Below, one piece after another: positions 25,093 to 37,300 of a stretch of DNA of 60,043 bases; position 1 is the first letter of the stretch, and every line of letters begins with the position of its first letter. The notes under the pieces are model-generated. The model did no database searches and had not been told where the DNA came from. It saw nothing but the letters and a program-made list of their open reading frames with translations. Position numbers and translations under genes: made by a program. Source of the DNA: a virus. The stretch covers positions 1 through 60,043 of IMG/VR virus record IMGVR_UViG_3300020050_007391; one strand, 5' to 3'.

Positions 25093-26316
25093 ATGGTCGA
25101 ATTGTCAGAGCAGGATTTCTATTTACTCAACGGTAACAGCTATCGCGGCTCACGCTATGCCAATTTTGTAGGCTCTGGCGTTGATCCGCAAGGCAATGTC
25201 TCATCCGCAATAAACGAGAACGCTGTCAACATCGGAAAGGGAACGTCTGTCGATCCATCACAGAGCGTTCAGCCGTCGATTGACAGCGGCTCAGCCGCTT
25301 CAAAAGGGCTGGTAAGACAAGCAAACGCAGCAAATGCACCGGCACCCATGACGATGGGCAAGGCTGCAACAAATATGGCCCTCGGGGCAGCCGTCCCGTT
25401 TGCGACATCTTCACTAGGCAGCGGGGTAGGCGCAGCGGCAGCCAGCGGTCTTTCGACATCAGATGGGATGAGATTAGGCGTAAATGCAGCAAAAGAGAGA
25501 ATTTCATCCGGACTATTAGGCGGAACGTCAGGTCTTGGCGCTGGGGCAACGGCAACAAACGCAGCCCTTGGATCGATGGGCGGCAAGTTCGGTCCGGCAA
25601 CGTCCGGTTCTGTTTCAAAGGCTGCCGCTGGGGCTGGCATCGGCGGTGCCGTTGGTACTGGATTCGGTTCTGCAATTTCAACATTACTGGCGGGAGGCTC
25701 TCCAAAATCTGCGGCGGCAAGCGGTATCGGCTCTGGGATCGGTTACGCCGTTGGGAATATGATCCTTCCCGGAATCGGCGGATGGATCGGAAGCACACTT
25801 GGAAGCACGGTATTTGGTAAAATGTTCGGTGGATCAAAACCGCCTCGCGTTACGCTTGGCTTGCAGATGTATCCTGATGAGCAAGGAAGATATAAAACAA
25901 CGAAGGTATCCACAAAAGGAAGCAGTAATGAAACTGCCAGCAAATATGCTGATCAAATCAGCGGTATCCTGAACTCTTTCAAAGATGCCACGGGAATTAA
26001 ATTCAAAACTGGTGTTGGTATTGAAACCAATATTGGCAAGAAAGATCAGGGAACAACATATCTGAACACAAATCAGCGCATATCTGAAAAGCCCGGTGAT
26101 GCCGGTGCTGCTGCTTTTGCTGTTCTGCGTGATCGCCGGAACTATGATCTGGGTCCGGATTCCGCATATAACGATTTCTTCCAGAAGGCGCTTGCCGAAT
26201 CTTCGTCGATCAGCGATCTTGGCGGAAGGCTTGACAGTTACGGCGCATCACGCGGCCTGATTTCTACGCCTGAAATGAAGCGCGGCACTGATAGAAAAAC
26301 GTCATTTTACAGTTAA
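25093..26316 (+). CDS. Gly-rich internal virion / ejection protein candidate.
   Basis: Long glycine-zipper-like runs (GSGVGAAAASG, GAGIGGAVGTGFGSAIS, GSGIGYAVGNMILPGIGGWIGSTLGS). It sits in the gp7/gp20/gp16 slot. Confidence 0.45.
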   Translation: MVELSEQDFYLLNGNSYRGSRYANFVGSGVDPQGNVSSAINENAVNIGKGTSVDPSQSVQPSIDSGSAASKGLVRQANAANAPAPMTMGKAATNMALGAAVPFATSSLGSGVGAAAASGLSTSDGMRLGVNAAKERISSGLLGGTSGLGAGATATNAALGSMGGKFGPATSGSVSKAAAGAGIGGAVGTGFGSAISTLLAGGSPKSAAASGIGSGIGYAVGNMILPGIGGWIGSTLGSTVFGKMFGGSKPPRVTLGLQMYPDEQGRYKTTKVSTKGSSNETASKYADQISGILNSFKDATGIKFKTGVGIETNIGKKDQGTTYLNTNQRISEKPGDAGAAAFAVLRDRRNYDLGPDSAYNDFFQKALAESSSISDLGGRLDSYGASRGLISTPEMKRGTDRKTSFYS

Positions 26317-26328
26317 GGAGAATCGACT

Positions 26329-26736
26329 ATGAACATGCCGATGCAACAACGACCGCAGATGCCGCCGCAACAAGCCGCCGCTGGCGCACCTGCCGCGCCG
26401 CAAGCACCCATGGATGGAATGCAAGATGAATTTGAAGAAGGCATGGGCGGCCCGGAGATCAACGGCGAAGAGCTGCAAATGCTTTTGTTCTCACGCGTTC
26501 AGGAGCTTTCACAGCCTGAAATGATGATTCTTGACCAAATGATAACGCCGCAGACGGTGCCTGTTTTATTTAAACTCTTCCCCGAACTTGGTATCTTGTT
26601 CGAACAGGGAACGCAGTTACAGGGAATGTCTCCGCAAGGTCAGGCAAATGTTCAGCAGATGCCCGCCGGTTCTGCGTATGAAAGTGAGAATCCTTTGGTG
26701 AATGATGGCAATCTCTCACAAGGTCTGATGGGTTAG
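26329..26736 (+). CDS. Met/Gln/Pro-rich internal virion protein candidate.
   Basis: Track ORF with an AAGGAGA RBS and a low-complexity MQQRPQMPPQQAAAGAPAAPQAP N-terminus. Confidence 0.45.
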   Translation: MNMPMQQRPQMPPQQAAAGAPAAPQAPMDGMQDEFEEGMGGPEINGEELQMLLFSRVQELSQPEMMILDQMITPQTVPVLFKLFPELGILFEQGTQLQGMSPQGQANVQQMPAGSAYESENPLVNDGNLSQGLMG

Positions 26737-26740
26737 AGGA

Positions 26741-27439
26741 ATGGCTAGTTTTTGGGACTTCGTACCGACAATAATTTCTGCTGGTGCCACATTGTATGGA
26801 GCCAAACAGGCATCCGACAACAACAATAAGGCTGCCCAGCAGGCAGTCGCGGCCCAGCAGCAGGCTACAGCAGCAGAGCAGGAGGCCATAAGAACTGCCC
26901 AGCGCAACATGGAGAGGCAGCAGCAAATGGCATCACCCGGATTGATGGCGCTTCAAAGCGTTATCGGACGGGGAGAGCAGCTCACACCGGCACAGATATT
27001 AGCCCTTGAGGATGCCCGCCGTACCTCTCTTGATTCCCTGCAAGGTGGAAGTCTTCGCGGCTCTGCCAGAGCAACGGCAGCCGTTGTCAACGACGTAGAA
27101 GGACGCATGAGAACTGGATTCATGGACAGCAACAGAAGCCGCGCAGATCAGGCGGCCTCCAATCTATCTGGGCAGTACTTCAACGCTGGCAACAACATTT
27201 CCGACCTCAACCTTTCGGCTGGAAGGAGCGCATCACAAGGACTGATGAATACCGGAGATATCAGCGCGTCCAATACCATTGGTCAGGGCCGCATTAAGGG
27301 TCAGGCTATCGGTGATGTCGGGGCGCTTATTGCAGATCAGCTCAAGCGTTCTGAAACGGAAAGACGCGATTCGTCTTATAAGCCAACAGCTTATGATGAC
27401 ATTCGCTGGAATACCCCACGTCAAGGCGAGGTGATGTAA
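26741..27439 (+). CDS. Internal virion protein candidate.
   Basis: Track ORF, Gln/Ala-rich, coupled to its neighbours. Confidence 0.45.
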   Translation: MASFWDFVPTIISAGATLYGAKQASDNNNKAAQQAVAAQQQATAAEQEAIRTAQRNMERQQQMASPGLMALQSVIGRGEQLTPAQILALEDARRTSLDSLQGGSLRGSARATAAVVNDVEGRMRTGFMDSNRSRADQAASNLSGQYFNAGNNISDLNLSAGRSASQGLMNTGDISASNTIGQGRIKGQAIGDVGALIADQLKRSETERRDSSYKPTAYDDIRWNTPRQGEVM

Positions 27440-28350
27440 TGGTTTCCCAGAACCTTTTGCAAGGATTATCACAAGGCGAAAACCCTGTTGCTCAGGCATT
27501 CGACGCCAGAACACAGCAGCTTGAACAAAAGAGAGCGGCGGAGCAGAAGGCTATCGACGACAAACAAAGGCAGCATGATCAGGATATGCTCAAGGTTTTC
27601 GAGTTTGCTGGCGACGGGTATGTTGATGAGGCGCGTTATTTCGCCCAGCAGAAGGGCCTGCAAGTGCCTGAATCAATCTATGGTAATGCTGACATGGCCA
27701 AAGGCTTGTCGCTGGCAGGGAAGATATACGGCGACGATGCCGCTGCCGCCCAGAAATTCACGACCGCATGGATGGGCACGCAGGGCGATATGAACACAAG
27801 GCTGTTGGCAGCACAGAAGGCTGCCGGTGCCGCCGTCAATCCGGAAGATCGTCAGCTTCAAAAGCAGATTGCTCTGGAGAACTGGAAACTCAAAAACCGC
27901 GTCGGGGGCAGCGAAAACAACGGATTTTCCCTTTCTCCGGGCCAAACACGGTATAACGCTGCTGGTGGCATCATTGCATCAGCTCCTGCGGCAGACGATA
28001 ATGGAGAATATGAAGCCTATTCAAAGGCTTACAATGCAGCTATTTCCAGCGGTCTTATGTCTCAGGAAGAAGCGCAGCAGGCGGGAGAGAACGCTGCCGC
28101 CCAATACCGCTTGTACAACCAAAGACCAGCAGCGCCACCACCATCTGGGAACATTCAGCCAGCGATGACGTCAGCGCCGACACCAGCCGGGCAACAGAAC
28201 AAAGGCGTCTATGCCGTTCAACAAATGCTCCTGCCCGCTTCTGCTGGCGGCAGGGGCTTGACACCGGATCAGGTTATGCAAGGATTGATACAGCGAGGTG
28301 CCACAGAGCAACAAGCGCGTCAACTCCTTAACGCCGCCGGGGTCAATTGA
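27439..28350 (+). CDS. Internal virion protein candidate.
   Basis: Track ORF, Gln/Ala-rich. Its start shares the terminal A of the upstream stop (TAATG), and its own stop shares an A with the start of the giant gene (TGATG). Confidence 0.45.
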   Translation: MVSQNLLQGLSQGENPVAQAFDARTQQLEQKRAAEQKAIDDKQRQHDQDMLKVFEFAGDGYVDEARYFAQQKGLQVPESIYGNADMAKGLSLAGKIYGDDAAAAQKFTTAWMGTQGDMNTRLLAAQKAAGAAVNPEDRQLQKQIALENWKLKNRVGGSENNGFSLSPGQTRYNAAGGIIASAPAADDNGEYEAYSKAYNAAISSGLMSQEEAQQAGENAAAQYRLYNQRPAAPPPSGNIQPAMTSAPTPAGQQNKGVYAVQQMLLPASAGGRGLTPDQVMQGLIQRGATEQQARQLLNAAGVN

Positions 28351-31300
28351 TGGCAGACAATAACGACGATCTTTTCAATGCAGCATTAGGAAGTTTGAGC
28401 CAGCCAGCACCGGCGCAAACGCCATCGTCAGCGACACCGGAAATCGGCGGCGACGATCCTTTGTTCTCTGCGGCAATGAAAGGTCTTCCTCCTGCGGATA
28501 TTGGAACAGGAGAGAAAGTAACAAGGTCGGTTGCTGCTGGGCTTGGCGCTATTCCTGAGTCGGTTTGGGGAACGGTCGAAGCCATATCAGGCGTAGGATC
28601 GGATTATATTACAGGCCCGCTTGATGAGGGTCTAAAGATGCTTGGCTCTGATCCTTCCGGAGATAAGGACGTTTTCGGTGCTGTACGAGATTTCGCACAT
28701 GAAATGAAGGGCGGAATTAAGACATCAAATCAGCAAACAATAGAACCCGTCATGAAAAATGCTGGGATCATTGGAAGAGGTGTTTACGGAGGCATACAAT
28801 CACTCGCATCAAACGCACCGGGTATCGCCATGTCAGTTATGACTGGCAATCCATTACCTGCTCTTGCTTCCGCCGGTCTTGTCTCTGGTGGGACGGCAGC
28901 AGGCGATGCGCTTGATAAAGGAAAAACACCGACAGAAGCCTTGCAATACGCTGTCATGCAAGGCGGCTCTGAAATATTAACCGAGAAGATTCCTGTCGCT
29001 CGACTTCTCGGAGATTTGAAGGCTGGATCGGGGTTCTTAAAAACTCTCGGCCATCAGATGATTACAGAGGTTCCGTCAGAGCAGGTTGCTACAATATGGC
29101 AGAATTTCAATGAATGGGCTTTCCTCAATCCAGAGAAGCCATTCTCTGAATACTTGAATGCACTGCCAGAAGATATGGCATTGACGCTGGTTTCTACGTT
29201 GGTTTCAACAGGCATACAGACCGGCGCTATGCACACACTGGACCGTGCAATTAATGGGAAGAGGGAAAAAGAGGAAGAGCCTCCACCAGAAGATCAGACA
29301 CCACCACAAAATCCACCAAGATCAACCCGCGATGATCTGGAAGCTGCGATGCAGCGACCGGAGGTGCAATCCCCCCCCGCCCCGTCCCCTGAAACTGCAC
29401 CTGTCACTCAGGCAGTCGCCCCCGCAGCCGCACCCTCTCCCACACCGCCTATGGCGGATACCACTGGTGCGGCACCAGCCCAGCAGGGATTTAGACCCGG
29501 CAACATCGTTGAGCATGTCAACGGTTATGGCGAGGTCATAAAAGGAACCGTCGAGAGCGTACAAAATAGTTCCATTGGCCAGACGGTGCAAGTTATTGAT
29601 GAAAAAGGCCAAATACACACGATTTTTGAAGGCGACGGCACGACACAGGTTATTGGTCAAATGCCTGTCTCGACACGGGATGAATTGGCTGCGGCCATGG
29701 AACCAGCTTCCCCCGGTCAGGAATTGGAATCAAAAGACGCGCCACTCGCGCCACAGGCAGACCAAGCAGTTCCGGAACAGAACCTTGCCCCGGAACCTAT
29801 GGGACCGCGCACCTTCAAAGATTCTCTGCCTGATTTGTCCGAAGAAGAGCTGCTGAACCACTATAACGGCAAGAACGTACAGCGCCGTAACATGGCCGCA
29901 GCAGAGCTTGAGCGCCGCTATCCTGAATGGGGCGTCACAAAGGCTATCGATGTCGCACAGGCAGCAGCGTCTGCAAATGTCAGTCCGACAGAAGCACAGA
30001 AGGAAGCCGGAAATTACAAAAAGGGCCACGTCAGTATAAGCGGGCTGCCAATTACTATCGAGAACGCGAAGGGTTCAATGAGAAGCGGCACAGATCGCTA
30101 CGGCAAAAACTGGCAAGTCCAGATGCCCGCGCACTACGGATACGTCAAGCGCACTACCGGAGCCGATGGCGACCACGTTGATGTCTATATCGGTGACAAC
30201 CACCAGTCTCAGAACGTCTACGTTGTTGATCAGATCAATGAAGACACGAAGGAGTTCGATGAACATAAGGCATTGGTCGGATTTAACACGATCCAAGAGG
30301 CCATGAGCGCATACGAAGACGGGTTCTCGGATATGAAAGCTGAGCATCGTGTCGGTGCCGTCACTATCATGACCATGGCGGAGTTCAAAGATTGGCTGAA
30401 AAACGAGAACACCAAGAAGCCTCTGCTTTATAAAAAGCCTGAGAACGATAATCCTTTTGTTCCGACAGAGGAAAAGTATCCTGTCGATGTTCCTTTTGAG
30501 GACACGAAACCGCCAGCGCAAGAAATAAAACCTGAACCGAGCGTGGAAGAATCCAAGCCAGAGCCTGCACAGGCCGAAGGGCAACCGGAGCAGCAGAATG
30601 CTGAACCGGCCCCCGCCGAGGCTACGCAGGGTCCGCAGCAGGGCACGGTGGGAATGAAACTGGCGGCAGGTCAAGTCGTTCTGACAACGACAGGACGTGA
30701 AACATCGCCATTCCCGAAGGTCGATACAAGCAACGACAGAAAGACGGCAAATACCATTAAGCGCGTCGATAATTGGCTCATGCAGAACGCGCTGGACGAG
30801 GCGCGGGCGCGTGGTGATGAGTTCAACGCCCGCCAGTTTGAGGCGAACCTGAGCAAGCCGTCGCCTGCCGACAAGGATTCGGCGGAATATTACCTGTTCG
30901 ATCCTGATTTTGTCTTCACGCCACCGGCGGAGCCGAAACCAATGACCCCTACACAAGATGAAGGGAATTACTCTGTTCAGGAAGAGACTATGCGGCGTAT
31001 GACCGCAGAAGAAAAGCGACTGAATGAAGGAGAATGGACGGTTGTAGCGGAAAGAAAAAGCCCTTGGTCTGTTGAAAATGGTTTTGGACAAACTCAAGAG
31101 GATGCCAGATCGGATGCCCTGCGTCGCGTTGGGTTTTCAAATCAGGAGGAAAAACCGGAAGTTGGGCCTGCGCCGAGTGAGCCAGAGAACGCGCCCGCGC
31201 AGGAACCGGGTAATGTCCAGCAGCCCGAATCTGGCGGCGGTGAGGTCAATGCAGTAAAGGCCGTGGCCGTTAAATCTTCACTGTATGAAGCCATCAAAAA

Positions 31301-34300
31301 GGGCGGAAAAGACCCTACAATGTATGTCTTTTCACCGGCAGAGGCGCTGGAGATCATTGCTGAACTTGAGGAAAAGAGCGCCGATCAATGGGGTCATGGC
31401 GTTGGCGTGACCGTAAGGGTTTCAAAATATTACAAAGACCCTGCTGACGGCATCGCGTTTTCTGTTGCCGATGGGATCGGCAGGAAGATCAGTATTTCAG
31501 ACGATGTAAGATCATTCCTTTATCCAGAGGCGACGCAGCCCGCCGCCGAATCACCCCCCCTGCAACCCCCAGAGGTTGCAGTACCAGACGCACCGACGAC
31601 GCCATCCACCGTCATTAAAATTTCTGATGTCAGTGTGAACGATAGCCGAGGCGGCGAAATGTTCGGGTATAAGGAACTGACCGTTGACGGCAAGGCATTG
31701 GTAGGCGCTGACATTAACCTGTATAACGGCGGCGTTTATATTCAGAACATTGTTACGAGGCAGGAGGCGCGGAGAAAGGGATACGCCAAGAAATTGGTAG
31801 ATGACTTGTTCCGCGAATTCCCTGACGAAAAAATCTTCGTGTCAAACATGACCGATGACGGCGGAGCTTTCTTCCGTGCCACATATAACGTCGGAGAAGA
31901 CGGCCATATTACAAAAAAAGAGCGCGGCAAAAAGCTGAAAGATGTTGGGGAAAAGATGGATGGCAAGCGGGCCTTCCAAGACCGGATGAAGAAGGCCAAG
32001 GCGTCGGAGCAGGCAAAGCAGATCATCGCCGCGACGAAGAAGGCCGCTGTTTTCAATATCGAAAAGCGCGAGGAACAGACCACCGGAACGGTACGGTTTG
32101 CGCAGACCCTGCTCGATAATATTGAGGATTTCAGCGCCCACCTGAAAAAGATCGGCGCAATCAGTCCGGGAGATCGCAGCAGATACGGTTACAAAATGCC
32201 GGGATGGGAAGAACAGGTCAAAATCCTGTTCTCTGAAAATATTGAACGCGACGGCGACCGCTTCGTGGTTGGAAGCTGGCGCTATACAGCCGAGCAGATC
32301 GAAAAGAAAAAGAAGGCGATTATCGAAGCCGCTGAAAACTTTATCGAATACGGCTCACGCATCAGCGATATGTTTGCCTTTTCCGACACGGTTGCAGAAT
32401 TCAAGCTGGAACTGAAAAACGCGCTGGAAGATGAAGAATTCTCGGACCTGCTGAAAGAGTTCCAGAAGCATTACAGCCTTGAGCGCAGCCTGTTTTCAGA
32501 CAATAAATGGGACACATTCGGAGCAATCACGGATGATTGGAATATCGTAGAGAATCAACGCGCCAAGCCGATGGTGCGCCCGAAGCTGGAGCATATCGTG
32601 CGCGACGGCCTGCCGGATCGCAGGAATGGCCGCGACATAACGCCGCAGGAGTTCAAGGATACGTTCGGATTCCGTGGCGTCGAATTCGGGGAATGGGTCA
32701 ACGCAAAAGAAGGGCAAGCGCATATCAACCACGCCTATGATGCGCTCTTGGATATGGCCGAGCGCCTGAAAATCACGCCGCAACATATCTCCTTGGGCGG
32801 TAAGCTGGGTTTCGCCTTCGGCAGCCGTGGAAGCGGGGAACACGCCGCGCATTTCGAGCCGGATACCAACGTCATCAACCTGACAAAGACAAAGGGCGAC
32901 GGTTCTGTAGCGCACGAATGGCTTCACGCGCTGGACTTCAACCTGCGCAAGAATGATGCTGCGTCTAAACGATTGATGGACCTTGCCTATATGTCGCTGG
33001 AGCGCGATGTGAAAATCGACATCAAGGGCATGGTCAATGATTTCCTGCTGGATAAACGCGCCTTCTATCGCGGCAACAAAAAGATGGATTACGGCGCTGT
33101 CGGCCATGCGCGGGAGTATCTAAATCGCATTGTTCTAAGTAAGGCCACGAATCCAGACTATTACCCTATGACGAAGTTCAAGCGCGAGGGCGACGCGCTC
33201 GGCAAGGACTATTGGGGGACCGGGAAAGAGTTGCTGGCGCGGGCATGGGAATCCTTCATCTATGACACGCTGGCAGGTAAGTCGCCCTATCTGGTCAATG
33301 ATTGGGTGGGGGATGGCACGGTCACGAAAGACGCCGGTTTCCGGGGCATCCCGTACCCGACAGGCGAGGAACGCGCCAGATTCAACACGTTTTTTGACGA
33401 ATTCCTGAAACTTATCGAGTTTTCGGACGTTGGGGTGAAGTTCAAGGACGGCGCAAAATTGCCGATTGAGCAGGAATTTGATAAAATTGTTAATGAGGCG
33501 CAATCTTATCTGCCAAAACTGGCAGAAATGTTGCAGGAGGCCAAAAATGGAACTGTTCAGCAAGACCCGATTCAAACAGGCGTATCAGATGGCGATGGCG
33601 CAGCAAGCGCCGAAGGACTACCGGGAACTGGTACGGACGAAGACATTGAAAGACTATTTGGGCGAGGTCGCGGAGGAAGCGCAGCAGATGTTCGACCAGA
33701 CCGTGAAGAATCTCAAGGAGAATCGGGGGATGGGCGAGGAAGCGCAGTTCGTGGCGACGGAGATAGTCTTCGCGGAAATGATACAGTTTTAGAGCCGCAA
33801 GGCCCGGAAGCTGAAATCCCGGTCTATAACGCCAAGGGTGAAAATCACATCATCCCGGTCGGCGCTCTCGATGAGAAGCGCGGCCAGCGGCAAAAAGCCA
33901 AAGACAATATCCAGATCATCAAACTGGTCAAGCAGATCGAGTCGGAAGACCGCGCCGCGACGCCGGAAGAACAGGAACTCCTTGCCAAATATACCGGGTG
34001 GGGCAGCGTCAAGAATGTTTTCCCCGATGGCACCGGCCAGTTGAAAGAAGACTGGAAGGGTCTCGGCAACGAGGTCAAGGAACTTCTGACCGAGAAAGAA
34101 TATTCCGAAGCCCGCCGCACCATTCAATACGCGCACTATACGTCGGAAATTGTCGTCCGCAGCATGTGGCAGGCAATGGAGCGTTTCGGCCTGAAATCCG
34201 GAACGGTGTTTGAACCGGGCATGGGGATTGGTAACTTCGCCGGGATGATGCCGCAGGGGATGCACCTGAATTATTCCGGCCTCGAATTCGACAGCATGAC

Positions 34301-37300
34301 CTCGCGCATTGCCCGTATTCTTTACCCACAATTCGGCGTCCGCCATGCCGATTTCACATCGGCCCGCTATGCCGACAATATGTTCGATGCCGCGATTGGC
34401 AACCCGCCTTTTTCCAGCATGAAAGTCAAGGGCGACGCCAAATACAAAGACCTGTCGCTGCATAATTATTTCTTCGTCAAAACCATCGACATGGTTGCAC
34501 CGGGCGGAGTCGTGGCTTTCGTCACCAGCCGCTACAGCATGGACACGATTGACAGCAGCGCCCGCGACATGATGGCGGAGAAAGTTGATCTGGTTGGGGC
34601 AATCCGCCTGCCTGATACCGCCTTCAAGACCAATGCGCACACCGAAGTCGTGACAGACATCATTTTCCTGCGCAAGCGCCTTCCCGGAGAGGAAGCGAAC
34701 GGCGTCAAATGGTCGCAGGTGGAAGAACTCAAACTGGCCGACAAGAACGGCAAACCATTCGTCGTCAATGAATATTTCATCAATAACCCGGAAATGGTGC
34801 TTGGTAACTTCTCCAGCGAAGGCAGCATGTACGCGGAAGGCACATTGACGGTCAGCCCGGTCAAGAACGCGGACCTGCAACAGCAATTGCAAGAGGCCAT
34901 CGAGCGCCTGCCGGAAAACGTGATTTCCGAAGTGCAAAAGGCTGATGTCGGCCATATCGACATGGACGTAGCGGACAAAGACGGCACCTATTATTTGAAG
35001 GGTGACGTTTTGATGCAGGTCGATGGCAAGCAGGGCTTCCCTGTCACCATGCGCGGCAAAGGGGCTGGCGGCATCACCAAGGCGGAAGCCGAGAAAATCC
35101 GTGGTCTGATCCCGGTCAGGGACGCTTTGCGCAAGACAATGGCAGCAATGCTGGCCCGCGATGACAAGGCCATGAAGGCGGCGCAAAAGGATCTGAAAAA
35201 GCACCACAGCGCCTATGTCAAGAAATACGGCCCCATCACCAAGTCGGAGACAGAATCGCGGGTGCCGAGCGCCGGTCAGATCGAGGAAGCCCGCGACGAT
35301 CTCCGCGCTGATTTTCTGGCAGCCGACGAGGAATTCGATGAAGGCGACATCGACCTGTCGAGCCTGCTGAACAAGGTCAACCCGGAAACCGGCAAGAAAT
35401 ACACTCCGGCCCAGATCGGCACGATCCGCCGTAAGCGCCGCGAAGAAATCGAGGCCGCTGGCGGAGTCGTCAATGAAGGAGATTTCAACCCGGACGATGT
35501 GCCGGACAACATCACGGTCAAATACCCGAACCTAGACCCGTTCAAGGGCGACCCGGAATATTATAATTTGATGATCCTTGAGAATTACAACGAGGAAACC
35601 GGCGAAGCCAAGACCACGGACGTATTCGAGAAGAATATTATTGCCGAAATCAGGAAGCCGGAAATCAAAACCGCTGTTGATGCGCTGAATTACTCACTGA
35701 TTACCACGAATGACATTGACATTGATATGATGTCAAAGGAACTCGGCACCAACCGGGACGCGGTGATTGACGAACTGGAGCAACTGGACCTGATCTACAA
35801 GCTGCCTGACCCGTACACCGGCAATCCGGTCTATATCTACTCGGAAGAATATCTCTCCGGCTATGTCAAGGACAAGCTGGCCTTTGCCAAGCGTCTGGCC
35901 GAGAGCGATCCGGTTTACAAGCGCAATGTCGCCGCCCTCGAAGCTGTGCAGCCGACAGACATCGAGCCGAGCAGCATCAACACGCAGTTGGGATCACCGT
36001 ATTTCGAGCCGAAGGTGATTGAAGATTTCATGCGGCAGGAACTCAATATCCCGGTCAGCATTAGTTACACCAAGGCAATCAACCATTGGGAAGTCACCGC
36101 GCACGACCCACGCGCCCCGGAAAACATCAACCAGTACGGGACGAGCAGCCGCAGCGCCTCCGACATCATGGAACGCCTGCTGATGCGCAAGGATTTGAAG
36201 GTGACGCGCAAAACCACCGACCCGGAAACCGGCAAGGACAAGCAGGTTGTCGATGTCGAGGAAACGCAAGCCGCCAATGACAAGGCCAAAATCCTGCAAG
36301 AGAAATTCGATAAATGGGTATGGCAATCCAGCCATGCCGAGCGGGTGCATCGCAAATACAACGATGAATATAACAATGTCGTTCCGCGTAAGTATAACGG
36401 GGAGCATGTGAACGCTGGCGTTTCGCCGCAGGCTGCGCCCAAGGGGCTGATGAAACACCAGAAAAATATCATCTGGCGTATCTTGCAATCCGGGAACACC
36501 TACATCGCCCATGCCGTCGGTGCCGGTAAGACGCTGGAAATGATCGCCTCGGCCATGGAAATGCGCCGCCTCGGCCAGTGGAAGAAGCCGATGTTTGTTG
36601 TGCCGAATCACATGCTGGCGCAGTTTTCCAAGGAATTCATGGAGGCCTACCCGCAGGCCAAGATCATGGTGGCGGACGAGCGCAACTTCCACACTGACCG
36701 CCGCAAGCGGTTTATTTCCAATGTCGCCGGTTCTGACCTCGATGCCGTGATTATCACCTTCTCCGGTTTCAAGAAAATCGGCGTCAGCAGCATGTTCGAG
36801 ATCGAAATGACCGAGCGTGAAATGAACAAGTACCGCGCCGCCTTGGAAGAAGCTGGCGGCAAAAAGGCGTCAAAGAGCAGGGGCAGCACAGCTTCCGCAA
36901 TTGAAAAGAAGCTGGAGGCGATGCAAAAACGCCTCGATTCCCTGAAAGCAGACAAGGACAATACCTTCACGTTCGAGGAACTCGGCGTTGATGGCCTGCT
37001 GGTCGATGAGGGGCATAATTTCAGGAAGCTGTCTTTCTCTACCATGCAAGGCACAATGAAGGGCGTGAACCCGGTTGGGTCGCAGATGTCATGGGATTTG
37101 TATATGAAATCCCGCTATCTGGAGAAGATCAATCCGGGCCGTGGTCTGGTTCTGGCCTCCGGGACGCCCCTGACCAACACTCTGGCCGAGATTTTCACCA
37201 TCCAGCGTTATATGAGCGAAAAGGAACTGGAGCGTAACGGCCTGAACAATTTCGATGCGTGGTCGTCGGTGTTTGCGGCAAGCGTCACCAACCCGGAGCG

